The position numbers were made by a program, and so were the translations under genes. From Pelomyxa schiedti (lineage: Eukaryota; Protista; Evosea), in contig JAHLWZ010000381.1 of the NCBI GenBank assembly GCA_020536535.1, positions 63,001 to 98,323 of the forward strand: a stretch of DNA of 35,323 nucleotides, given 5' to 3'. Below, piece by piece: positions 1 through 14,200 of this stretch (position 1 is its first letter; every line of letters begins with the position of its first letter). Under the pieces are notes generated by a model. The model made no database searches and was not told the DNA's origin. It saw only the letters and a program-made list of their open reading frames with translations.

Positions 1-856
1 GTCGCCACGGGTGAGTGCTTCGCTGCCGGCGTAGAGGTACTCGGTGATTTTCTTGAAGCCCTCTAGTACGATAGGATCGCTGTCGGCCAGTCTTTTGCGG
101 AATGCTGTCAGCATGGTCTTGAGCGGCCTAGGTTCCATGGTGTCACCGACTACAACCGGAAGTGACCGTACACTGAGCGGGGTTACACTGGGTGATTCAC
201 CAGTCTGTATCAGAGTAACACCGCCATGGGAGATGGCATACTGATCCATTCGCCCACATGGAATTCCCAGCTCATTATGCTCGGCATCGTAGGCCATTTC
301 AGCGATTTCGTCCTTCTTCATTCCCAGCTCATACAACGTGTCTAGAGCCCTTACAAGAGCAACAGAAACGGCACCTGACGAGGCAAGGCCCTTGCCAATC
401 GGAATGCGTGAGTCCACGGATGCCTCAAAGCCACAGGTCAAGCGTGGCCTCAATAAACGGGCAGCAGCACACCAATATTTGAGAGGGTGAGAGTACTGTC
501 GCAATTTGGTTTCTTGCGTGTCATCGTCGAGGCAGTAATTCAAGTCGCCGGGGAAATTTTCCGAGTGGAGAACAACGTCGCGACTTCCGTCCAGCTTCTT
601 CGCGGTGATAGTGAGGGTGCCTTAACACAGTACAAATTTAATAAATCATGGAGACAGGCATTATATGAAATAGAAGAAAGCGAGAAAAAGGTAACGACAT
701 ACAAGTAACCGTAGCGGCAATGACGGGAAGTCCGGCGAGGTCGGTCTTGTCACCAAACAAACATATCCGGCCAGGGATGTCGGCTTGGAAGATCCGCTTA
801 GAAAGAGCCGGGTCACCCGTTGTAGTCCTTGTGTCGGTGGCTGGTGTCTGCGACAT
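1..856 (-). CDS. GHMP-family sugar kinase (glucuronokinase/HddA-fucokinase-like), 5' part of gene; 3' end lies beyond window start. Exon 1 856..710, intron 709..621 (GT..AG), exon 2 620..<1
   Basis: Minus-strand translation gives MSQTPATD...ADIPGRICLFGDKTDLAGLPVIAAT, which resembles the N-terminal GHMP motif (R-I-x-L-x-G-x-x-T-D). After the intron it continues GTLTITAKKLDG...SRIPIGKGLASSGAVSVALVRAL, matching the GHMP ATP-binding motif PxGxGLxSSxA. Downstream is GRMDQYAISHGG. The frame stays open to position 1. The family-level call is secure; the specific substrate is a guess. Confidence 0.6.
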
Positions 857-1136
857 CGGCAGTGAGTGAGAGTGGTGGCGATTAGATAATCCCGAGTAAA
901 AAATGTGGAAACAAAGAACCAAGATTTCGGAGCAGGGGATTTCAGTGATGACCTGTCAAACTGTGACAGCAATGCCCTGGAACAGTAAGCTCTTCGGGGT
1001 GGGACTCTTGAGACTCTGAGATATCCAGCTCCGAGGGCAGAGACTCAGCGGGCACCACTCAGAAAAGATTAAAACTTGTTGATCAGTTACGCGTAGGAAG
1101 CGCACACAAGCAAACCGGTAGTCGACGCACAATAGT

Positions 1137-2230
1137 ATGTCTAGTCATCCAGTCAACAATTGGACAGCACAGTCGTCTGTGGCGCCTCCGCCGAGTACCG
1201 TTCAGCCGGCGTCATCTACGCAAGATCCGGCCTCTATGGCAATTTCTGCACCAACTTCGATTGCCCAGATCCACAGCACGGCCTCGCAACTGCAGTTGTT
1301 GCAGCAGCTGATAGCGCAACAGAGCCCGGAGCAACAAAAGTCGTTGATGAAACCACCGGCGGAGCAGACGGTGGCAACTCCGAAGACAAAAACTGGCTGG
1401 AAGAACAAATTGATGAGGCCAATCTCGACCAGACTTGGCGCAAACACGAGTTCGCCTGCTCTTGTTACACGTGGATTTATCCCCTTGTTTCCTGATGTAG
1501 TGTGGAAAATGTGCAACTACATCAAGCAAAACGGTTCGTTGCAACGATGATGCCAAAAACTAAGCATAAGGTTTTACTCCCAAAGGTCTGGATGAAGAAG
1601 GAATTTTTCGCGTACCTGGTGCCACTATTGCCATTGCCCTCATTCGTAGTACATTTGAGACTGGTTTGTCTCTTCAATTCGTATACATTCCAGCATTGAT
1701 AGTATCCGCTCAGGGGAAGAACTGGACAGTGTACCGGAACTGTCCCCTAATGCTGTAGCCAGTGCCCTGACGAGCAACTTGAGGGAACAACCAGAGCCCC
1801 TAATACCTTTCGCCGACTACCCCAAGTTTATTGCAGCGCAATGTGTGAGCACCTAAACACCCAGATAGTAAAAGAGCCCTACCAGTGCGTCTAACGTTAC
1901 TGTTCCTCAGCTTCTTTGGAACAAACTGGTTCCCTGGTGGAGTTGAAGAATGCAGTGAACCAACTTCCTCCAACCAACAAACTTCTTCTGCATTGCATAG
2001 TCAATTTGCTTGTTGCTGTAAGGTTGCTTGCCAGTGCTTTTATTGTGCATAATGCTTATTCTCCTCTGCAGCCAACACAGCGCAGAAAACAAGATGTCCT
2101 CATCGAACCTTGGAGTTATATTTGGTCCCAACTTTCTCCGGGAAGAAGTGGAAAACTTATTTTCAGGAGAAAGATGTGATGTGGTTTCAAGTTTAATCGA
2201 TCATTATGGAGAACTTTTTGATGTGTGGAA
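1137..2230 (+). CDS. RhoGAP-domain protein, multi-exon. Approximate exons: 1137..1532, 1586..~1663, ~1712..1842, 1911..~2020, 2063..~2230; introns are 40-70 nt
   Basis: There is a low-complexity N-terminus, then ...FIPLFPDVVWKMCNYIKQNG, spliced to GLDEEGIFRVPGATIAIALIRSTFETG (the Arg-finger motif GIFRVPG). This is followed by IRSGEELDSVPELSPNAVASALTSNLREQPEPLIPF, LVELKNAVNQLPPTNKLLLHCIVNLLVAV and QHSAENKMSSSNLGVIFGPNFL, all matching RhoGAP consensus blocks. Donors GTTCGT and GTGTGAGC are seen. Two junction phases could not be resolved cleanly. Confidence 0.6.
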
Positions 2231-3302
2231 TTTTCTTTGTAGCCATATTTGGTTGGTGATACTAATTTCGTACTGAACACCAGGATTCTGAACTCACAGC
2301 TGATAAGTTTCAGCGCCCCGGTCCTCCTGTGCCAACTCCTATCAGAGTTTCGGCAACAGCTAAAACTCCCTCTCAGCAAAGACTGGACTTGACAGCCGTA
2401 TTATCAAACAACCTTCAGTTCTTTACACTGAATATTGTAGAGCGCACCTCCAAAGAAGAAACCTATTGTACAACAAGCACCACCCGGCTGTGCTGAAACT
2501 CGGGCCCTTATTGCACAGTTAGAGAAAGCACAAACAGAACGGGTAACATCAATGAATACAATTCTTTCCTGAAATAAACATTTTTAGATGATTATTGACA
2601 TTCCCAAAGGAGGCACTGTGGAGGAGCTAAGAAATACCCTCAAAAAATCTGAGCGATCACTGACAACAGTTATAATGAAACTCGTTGAGATCACAAAAGA
2701 AAAGGCTGTTCTGGAAGACAAGCTAGCTAAAAGTAGAAAACTAGTAACAGCGTATGGGAATCTCTATCCCCATTCAAGGAATTTTAATGCCAGTACACAA
2801 ATAGATATAAGGCTATGTATGGACCTTTAAATGAAGGTTGTTTTGTGTTACATGTACATCTCTTCCTACAAACTCTAAAGACCAGACCGATCCGCAGCAC
2901 ATTGCTCGTGACGCTCCACCTGCAACTCCTGAGGAACCCCCACAACGTTATCTTCCCTCATTAGTTTTCACCTCTGATTTCTATTAGCTGCAATCAGACC
3001 AAATGCATTTGATGGCACCAAAGAAGAGCTGTCCAGTGCACTCCGAAAGTTAAATAATCTTCACTCGTTTGCGGGTACCATCTTAATTTTCAGCTTCAAA
3101 CACAATCATTTAAAACAAACAAGTCAAGTCTTTGGAACCTCAAAAAATCAAGGCAACTATGAAGCAGATAAAGAAGATTAAAAGATACGCACAACATGCC
3201 CAGGAGGAAATCAAGACGGCAATAACGAATGAAGATATAGTATCGTTTCCACTAGAATGCCCATTGGATTCAGTCTAATGCAGATGACAGGCAAAAGATA
3301 CT

Positions 3303-3938
3303 GTGACAATGCCCAGTAGTGCAGTTCACTATTTGGATGAAGCAATGTCACAAGTTGTTTCAGGACTTGACCAAATTTCAGAACGGAAATCTACTGAGAG
3401 CTCAGAGCAGAGAACAGTCTGGGGCCGCATTGGCCAAGATATTGTTGACATTGCGGCAACAGTGTCCCGCACGCTACATACTCTCTCCAGCGAGTGCGCG
3501 GCGGCCGTGTCAGGCTCCTGCGCTCCCCAGCGCGGAGGCTTCATCCCCCCGCCCACGCAGCCACCCCCACCCCCGTCAACGTCATCAGGGCCCAAGAACC
3601 TATCTCCGCCGCTGACACCGCCGCACATGGCAATAATATCAGGCCCCACGACCGCGCCCACATCGGCATCAACCCCGCCGTCGCCGCCGCGCACCCACGA
3701 GATAGAGGCCCTCAGGGCCAAGACTTGCAAACTCCAGGACGAGCTGGACGTCGAGCGGGCACGGGCCGACGACCTGCAGGAGTGCCAGGAGGCGTCCACC
3801 AGGGTCTTCGCCTCACTCCGCGAGGAGCTCATCAAGTGCAAGGCCCAGAGGGACGCCCTGCAGCAAGACATAACCAAACTCACGGTGTCGAGCAAACCAC
3901 TTCCCCCACTTCCTCCGCATCACGGCTCAAAGACGTGA
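3303..3938 (+). CDS. Hypothetical Pro-rich / coiled-coil ORF (211 aa). It may be a 3' exon of the upstream RhoGAP gene or a separate gene
   Basis: The ORF is long, with a GC3-rich codon pattern, a PPPTQPPPPPSTSS proline tract and a C-terminal heptad-like segment (EIEALRAKTCKLQDELDVERARADDLQE...). An overlapping antisense ORF and an alternative frame exist, so the call is tentative. Confidence 0.35.
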   Translation: MTMPSSAVHYLDEAMSQVVSGLDQISERKSTESSEQRTVWGRIGQDIVDIAATVSRTLHTLSSECAAAVSGSCAPQRGGFIPPPTQPPPPPSTSSGPKNLSPPLTPPHMAIISGPTTAPTSASTPPSPPRTHEIEALRAKTCKLQDELDVERARADDLQECQEASTRVFASLREELIKCKAQRDALQQDITKLTVSSKPLPPLPPHHGSKT

Positions 3939-4202
3939 GTGAAAACGGAATGCAACCCCGCGGCATTGTGGGTTCGCCAGCCCACGCAGCCCCCCAGACA
4001 GCAACAGCAAAAATACAAAGGAATAACACCGATTTTTTTCTCTCCACGGAATTCCACCGCCCCTGTTTTATTGACATCTGCAAAGGTGTTGAACTGCCTT
4101 CGCGGAATGGCACTTGGATCAGGAAAAACCCTGCCTGTTTTTCAACCCCGTTTGGTTGTTTGGGATCTAAAACAGCAGTAAACCATTTATTAAAGAAAAA
4201 TC

Positions 4203-6450
4203 ATGAGTCGTACGAGGGCGTACTCGGCGTCCCCGTCGCCTTCACATTCTCCGTCAATGATGCCATCGCTTGGATCTCCGTTGTCGTCTTCGCCGTCTAT
4301 GTCACCGCTATCACCACGTAACTCATCGGCGATGAGCCGCAGGGCGTCGCTGATTGCCGCGATCTTGCCCATATCTTTCGGCTCTCCGCCGAGCACCGTG
4401 CCCGAGGTGCCCTCTCCTCCACCTCCAGTTGTGCCAAACAAGAATGCCGGAATAAGTGATGGAGTTCGGGAGATACTGAACAAGCATGTTTCCAAGCTGC
4501 CCGTAAGCAAGGATTGGCTCCGCCTGGGCCATACATTTCGTGTTTTTGACCTCGCATCTGGTGTGATTTCGAAGCCACTTTAAGTGATACAACTCTCACC
4601 ATCACAAAGGCGCTGAACTCTTTAACAGCGATACTGATACCAGTGATAATATAAGTGATTTGGAAAAGGGGTTTGCTATGCTTAGAGCTGTATATACTGC
4701 CGCCGAGACGGAGGAGAATGCGGTTGCACTGGAGCAGTTATTTAGAAAGCATGTGACCCGGGAAGATTTAGACTTCACTGAGCAATTTCAAGTCTTACTC
4801 ATTTCTCTTGCCACACCCTCATTTCTCAAACAGAAATTTCTTGAGGAAGTCGATGATGAACTGCCAACAATAAAAGCAATTAAATGCATCTGCCAAGGTA
4901 TCTTTTTTCTTGTTGGTTCCTTCAATTACGTTACCGTCTTCAGACGTAATTTATCCCGCGGTCATGTACTACAAGCGTATTATGGATCCAAAATACCCTT
5001 TCAAAGATAGCAAAGGAACCTGGCATATTGATGTAGGAATTAGAAAACATAGAACCCGCAGAACCACCTTCACTGTAACACACCACAAAGGACAATTGTC
5101 CCATGAGGTTGACATGTTTTCGTTTGAATGGAATTTAGAAATGGATATAAGGAGCAGGTTTCTTTTTTTTTTTTTTTTCCCCTTCTCTGAATTAATGGGA
5201 ATTTATTGAAGTGGAGATATTCAAGCTCAACTTAACGTCATGGATTACCAAATAGGAGGCTCTGTTGCTGAGCCCCAAAAAAGTGAACTCACTTCAATAT
5301 TCCAATCGGAATTACATCCCATTGTCCCCTTCCAAAAAGTAATTTTCCTCGGTTGCTGTGTGCTCACCATAATACAGTTTCTCACCCAAGTTCCATTTGC
5401 AGTTCGGCCTTGGACTTTATTGTCGTCTGGGTACTCTTTTACTATTTCCTCCCTCTCTCAAGCCTGCCTTAAGGGTTTCAATAATTCAAAATGGGACAAT
5501 GTTATATCAATCTGCGGTGGTAGACTCTGTAACGGAGTCCAAATATCAAATCGCATGTACTATTGCCCAGTTTTTGGATGGTGTGGAGCATGGACCACTT
5601 CTAACCCGTGTCGTTGAGGTTTGTACTAACTGTACGAAGTTCTTTTCTGAAAACTCCAAGTTACATCAGCGAGATGGATTTGTAAATTATCAAGATTTTC
5701 AATTACAACCACATTTTTTGAAATGTATAGCATTATTATCACAGGTACCTCGTAGATAAAATCTTAAGATTTATTTCTGAGCTCACTTGCAGGATTTCAT
5801 ATATTTCGCCTATAAAAGACTCCGAAGCTGCTTACACGAGCGATTTCCGTTCAAAGACAAACGAGACTCTATCAGAGAAGCTAACCTGAAGTTCGGTTCG
5901 ACTCACATTGTAATCTTCTCCACATGAAGAGGTTTTTTTGGGGTTTTTTTTTTTCCTTCTTTTACCTGCTAATCAATCAAATCTGCAGACTGTATGCCAT
6001 AGAAAAGTTGAACAGTCTGGCGCACAACAATTCGAATTTTCGTGGGAGTTACAGGCCAAGCTAACAACTAATTTCGAATTAATAAAAACTGAGTGCGTGC
6101 ATTCCTCTCCTTCCACCATTGGCATACTCAAACAGCACAGTTTGCGGATCACTTCATACACATTTTTTGACACCATGTCACTTGCAGATCGCAATGACTG
6201 GCTTTTGGCCGCATCAAGCCTCATTAACAAGCACAGCAAAGAAATACCAGCCACACCAGTCTCAATTCTCTGTGCCTTGCGTGCATGCTGCACAGCCCTC
6301 GAATCCAAGAGCACAGCACCAATGGTGCTCGTTCCCGGGTTGGAATTACCCCTGGAAGCAACCAGTATCCTGTCAGAAGTAATCAACTCACTCTCACAGT
6401 GCCCCAATCTGCCCCTGGTGCACCTACGGCAAGACCCACAACACTCCTGA
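4203..6450 (+). CDS. Hypothetical multi-exon gene(s) of unknown function. The ORF segments are 4203..4583 (Ser/Pro-rich), 4660..4905, about 4951..5033, 5240..5390, 5397..5759 and 5938..6450
   Basis: These are consecutive same-strand ORFs separated by short stop-containing stretches. Plausible donors are present (for example CAAG|GTATCTTTTT at about 4906), and there is a T19 tract at 5161..5180. I found no recognisable domain. The exon structure is not resolved. Confidence 0.25.
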
Positions 6451-6636
6451 CTCAAAATCCTGTGTACACACAACAGCAAAGCCACACAGAACCCCCAAAA
6501 CATACACAATCACATTCACCTATTGAACAGTAACACAATTACGGCTGTACCTTCATCACAATTGTGTTACCCAATTTCGTTAGTCCTTCCAGTAAAAAAA
6601 TAAACGAAAACCGTGGGGGCACAAGACAAGCACACC

Positions 6637-8882
6637 ATGGGACTGAGAGCGGTTTTTGTTGGTGTAGTTTTGGTGTTGGTTGCGTTTGGGACCGGTGTCG
6701 AATCTGGTCGCATCTGGTCCTCACTACGCCAGGACCAGCAGCAACGAGTGCGTGATATCGTAGACTCCATGACTCTCGACGAGAAAATAGGTCCGTAAAT
6801 GGACGAGCTTCGGTGGTTGGGCTTTCGTTTCGAATTTTTGTTTACACGTGGCTTTTTTCTTTTCCTCTTCTTACACGAATGACATTTGATAGGGCAAATG
6901 ACACAGGGCGAGAGGTTGTCTCTTACAACAGCAGACGTTACTAATTTGTTTATTGGCTCTGTTTTGAGTGGAGGAGGCTCTGTTCCTGGTGACAACACTT
7001 TGGAGGACTGGCAGGTGCCTTGAGTCATATCTCACTTTTTCCCGCTTTCTATCCACCTTTGCTTTGTGTGATGGGAATAGATTGGCACCCTCGTTTAAGA
7101 AACCCATTCTTAGGATATGTATGATGAATACCAGAAAGCGGCTCTTGACACCCGCTTGGCAATACCCATAATTTACGGCCAGGATGCCGTTCATGGAGTG
7201 AACAATGTGTACGGTGCTACAGTGAGTGTCCTCTTACAATATGCGTGGTTAATTTGGTCCTTTTCAGATTTTTCCCCACAATGTTGGTCTTGGGGCAGCC
7301 AACGATCCTGACTTAGTGGCAAGAATTGGGCAAGTAGTAGCAGAAGAATTATGTGCGTTTTTTTTTTTTCTCCGGGAAGCCCAATTAGTAACTGTGCATT
7401 AGGTTCATGCGGTAGTACTTGGACTTTTGCACCTTGCATTGCCGTGCCACAAGACGATCGTTGGGGAAGGACATATGAAGGCTTTGGTGAATTGCCAGAA
7501 CTGCAGTCTCTTGGCACTGCCTATGTCAACGGACTTCAAGGCGCACCCTATGGTGCTATTGGGTGCTCCAAGCATTATCTTGGTGATGGTGGCACGAAAT
7601 GGGGAACTGGTGATAATGGCTATCCCATCGATCGTTGACGAAGCAACTCTTCGCGCAATTCATCTTCCAGGCTACATTGAAGCTGTCGAGGCCGGAGTGG
7701 GAACAGTCATGGTGTCATATAGCAGCTGGAACGGAGACAAGATGTCAGGTCACACCTACCTCATTACTGATGTTCTTAAGAATGAGCTTGGCTTTGATGG
7801 CTTTGTTGTAAGTGACTGGGATGCCATACTTGAACTTCCAGGTTCCTTCTATGACCAAGTTGTTGCAAGCGTCAATGCTGGCATGGATATGTTCATGATG
7901 CCATATGACTGGCAAGATTTTATCGACAACCTAAAGAAAGCAGTTAACAAGGGCGATGTCCTCGTATCTCGCATCGATGATGCAGTAACACGAATTTTGG
8001 CTGTCAAGACTGCTTTTGGCTTATTTGATCATCCTTTCGCCAACAGGTCCATAGGCGGTACATTTGGCAACTCCGAACATAGAAACATTGCACGTGAAGC
8101 TGTGCAGAAGTCTATGGTGTTACTCCAGAATAGAAATTCACTCTTGCCACTCACGAAAAACAACATAACGTTTGTTGAATCTCAAGTAATGTATTGTCTA
8201 ACTGAGAGAAAAAAAGGCTCTTCGTTGCTGGCGTTCATGCAGATGATATTGGTCTACAATGTGGTGGCTGGACCATTTCATGGCAAGGGTCAGCCGGCCC
8301 CATCACTACTGGAACTACTATTCTTGACGGCATCCGCGAGTCGGTTTCTGGATATGGCACTGTAGATTATGATGCTGTAAGTTATTCTCAATCCAAATAA
8401 TCTCAGCAAGCAAGCAAGCAAGCAAACAAAAAACCCACAATAAGCTAGTATCCCATCATCCAACTTACAACCAAATAAAATAGAACGGCAACAACGCAGC
8501 CAACCATGATGTGGCAATTGTAGTAGTTGGAGAGTACCCCTACGCCGAAGGTGTTGGCGATGCCTCGAGCCTCGACCTAGCCAGTGACCAGCAGGCCCTC
8601 ATCAACGAAGTATCCTCGGCCGTGGGAGCTGACAACACAGTGGTTGTGATTGTATCCGGCCGGCCTCTGGTCCTCCCGTCAGACACTATGCCCCAATGGG
8701 GAGCACTTGTTGCTGCTTTCCTGCCTGGAACCGAAGCAGGTGGGCTGGCTGATGTGCTCTTTGGGGATGCTCCATTCTCTGGCAGACTTCCACTCAGTTG
8801 GCCAAGGTCAACATCACAAGAGCCAATCAATTTCGGGGATTCCACCTATGACCCACTATTCCCCTACGGCTTTGGCCTGTAA
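6637..8882 (+). CDS. Glycoside hydrolase family 3 beta-glucosidase / beta-D-glucan exohydrolase with an N-terminal signal peptide. Exons: 6637..6790, 6893..7014, 7114..7221, 7268..7352, 7403..8169 (apparent frameshift near 7625-7640), 8217..8376, 8484..8882
   Basis: The start [24 protein letters not shown] is a signal peptide. Conserved GH3 blocks follow: [177 protein letters not shown] and GRLPLSWP. Alignment to barley ExoI-like sequences guided the exon joins. All introns are GT..AG and 47-107 nt long. Confidence 0.85.
8403..8425. repeat. (GCAA)n microsatellite inside GH3 intron 6
   Basis: agcaagcaagcaagcaagcaaac is read directly in the sequence. Confidence 0.8.
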
Positions 8883-8958
8883 GTTTTTAAAGGAATAAAC
8901 AATACAGCTTTTTCTTTTTCCAACTTCTTGTTTTTTCTGTGTTTGTTCTTTTTTAGTT

Positions 8959-10077
8959 TCATTCAGTTCGGGAGTTGAGAGCAATGTAGTTGAGAAGTTC
9001 AACTAAGAAATAAGAGAATTCAGGTGTGAAACCTTCAAGGGCAGAGAAGTCGGGAACTTGAAGGTAAAAGAGCAGGTCACCAGCAATTTCATTGGATGTC
9101 ACCGAGTCGCTACAGACAGTGAAGATGTACTGCAGTTGCTCTGGGGTGACAGAGGGGGTTGCCTGGAAGAAAACATAGGCCAGGTTGGCAATGTAGGCTG
9201 AACAAGCTGGAGTGTCATAGCTCGCAATGGTTATTCTGTGGAGCAAGAATGCCTCTTGTTGGTTAATGTTGTAAATGTAGGAAACTGATTGAGGGAGGGT
9301 TGGCTGCTGGTAAGGTTGAGTCTCGCCTACTGGTTGTGTCTCGACAGGCTGGGGTCCGTCTACTGCAACATTCGGTGTGTATTCGATTATGGTTTGTTCT
9401 TTGGGCAGTTCCTGCTGCTGTGGTATTTCACATCTTTCTGGTTGTGGTGGTTCACAGGTTTCGTTTTGTGTGGATTTGCTGGTGTCCTGTTGAGGTTGAT
9501 ATGATTCCTGCTGTGGTTGGTATGATTCCTGTTGTGGTTGGTTCCGCATCTGCTGTTGTGGTGGATGCATACACCCGGATTGCTGTGACAGTTCGGGTTC
9601 TTTTTCTGATAGATGTTGTGGTTTAAGAGGTGGTTGTGGCGGCTGAGATTGTTTTTGTGGTGGCGGAGATTGTCTTTGTGGCGGCGGAGATTGTCTTTGT
9701 GGCGGCGAAGCTTGTCGTTGTGGCGGCTGAGGTTGTCGTTGTGGTTGTAGCGGTTGCCGCTGTGGTGGCTCCAGTGATGGTTTTGGAGAAGTAGACATGG
9801 AAGGTACCTCGGGTGATAATACTTGTTGCTGTGGTGTTGTTTCTGAAGTTGCTCCTGTAGATTTATGTAGTGGATCACGGTTTTGATCTCCAAGTGTACT
9901 TGGCACGGCACGTTGCGGTGCCTCTGGGGTAGCTGGGAGTTTCGGAGGAGTGCGCTTTTTAGCCATTGCTGCGGCAAGAGCTGCTTCAGCTAGATCTCTT
10001 TGAATGGAGGGTACATTTGGTCTAGCCTGTGAAGTTGATGTCTTTGGCTTTGTGCGATCTACCCGAGATGTTAACAA
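8959..10077 (-). CDS. Pro/Gln-rich low-complexity protein (372-aa ORF) with a structured C-terminal segment. It may have an additional 5' exon near 10215-10400
   Basis: This is a long minus-strand ORF. It carries PPQRQSP heptad repeats and a QPQQESYQPQQESYQPQQ tract. The C-terminal roughly 110 aa are non-repetitive (EAFLLHRITIASYDTPACSAYIANLAYVFF...ELLNYIALNS). A possible upstream minus-strand exon encodes WEIEANLTREAAEDLRKLIISSSIEEYDLSGELPDK. Confidence 0.5.
   Translation of the reverse strand: MLTSRVDRTKPKTSTSQARPNVPSIQRDLAEAALAAAMAKKRTPPKLPATPEAPQRAVPSTLGDQNRDPLHKSTGATSETTPQQQVLSPEVPSMSTSPKPSLEPPQRQPLQPQRQPQPPQRQASPPQRQSPPPQRQSPPPQKQSQPPQPPLKPQHLSEKEPELSQQSGCMHPPQQQMRNQPQQESYQPQQESYQPQQDTSKSTQNETCEPPQPERCEIPQQQELPKEQTIIEYTPNVAVDGPQPVETQPVGETQPYQQPTLPQSVSYIYNINQQEAFLLHRITIASYDTPACSAYIANLAYVFFQATPSVTPEQLQYIFTVCSDSVTSNEIAGDLLFYLQVPDFSALEGFTPEFSYFLVELLNYIALNSRTE
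9640..9765. repeat. Six-unit 21-bp coding tandem repeat (consensus about tggcggcggagattgtctttgtgg on the + strand), encoding (P)PQRQSP heptads on the minus strand
   Basis: Units begin at about 9640, 9661, 9682, 9703, 9724 and 9745. They are read directly. Confidence 0.8.
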
Positions 10078-11049
10078 TTTTCTCGGTGCTAAGTTGAACC
10101 TTTATTTTGAGTGAGTACTTGCAAAACTTGGTCTTCTGTCCCTTCTCCAAAGTCGCACCCTGAAAATCTCTCATTCTTTCCCATCATGTCACAGGCAAAC
10201 CTTGGCACAGGAATTTGATTATCTGTTTGTTCGTTTTAAGGGCTTCAAGGATCTGTATCCCTGCCTCGGGTCCCAGTTTTGGGTTTCCTATTCAACATAA
10301 GTTTGGCATTTGTCTTGTCAGGCAGCTCACCAGACAGATCGTATTCTTCAATGGAACTGGAAATTATCAGTTTGCGGAGGTCTTCTGCAGCTTCTCTAGT
10401 AAGATTGGCCTCTATTTCCCATTGGTAATTAACCTAAGCAGATGATTCTACTGAGGAATACCTGCAAGGTAGAATTTCTTCAAAGATCTGCTTTCACATG
10501 CTGTTTTCCAAAATGTAACCTCGCCCCTACCAAATTGTGTTCCTTTCCCACATCAAAAAGTAAAGGAAAAAGAAAGTGAAGTACTGCTAAGGTTTAAAGA
10601 AATCAAACTCCGCATGTACAAGACAAGGCCATGACCACCCACAATGTCCGTATCTATGTAATTGTGAAAAAAAAAAGGTGCATAATGAAAGGAAAAAATC
10701 ATGGACACTACCTGAAAGATCCAAATCAGTAGGCTTGCCACTTTTATTCCAGGCCGTCAACCTGTCAACCGCTCTTTGTGTGACAACGCCACTTGTACCC
10801 CGTCCAGATCTCCCACTCCCTTCTTGTGCATTAAAGGTAGGTCCAGGTGTGTCCCTTCTTGTGTCCATTACAATGCCGCTTCTGTTGGTTTCTTTTTTTT
10901 TTTTTATGAGCCTCAACTTGGTGGATTTTAGAACAGTAGGTGGTTCCGAATAGAAAAATAGGAAAAATTCCTTCAAAAACAAACAAGGCGGTGCTTGCCC
11001 CCTTGTGATAAAACAACAATAGGGAAAAAAATTCAACTTGACTGGTTGG

Positions 11050-14200
<3,151 letters not shown>

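Noticed and set aside
7600-7640. A 34-nt GT…AG micro-intron as the explanation for the GH3 frame break
   Set aside because: Splicing it would remove about 12 conserved-length residues between the GDGGT and LRAIHLP blocks. This segment is length-conserved across GH3 enzymes, so a 1-nt indel fits better.
9640-9765. Regularly spaced direct repeats, considered as a possible CRISPR-like array
   Set aside because: The units are contiguous 21-mers with no spacers. They lie inside a long ORF and translate to a clean PPQRQSP periodic motif. This is a coding minisatellite, not a CRISPR array.
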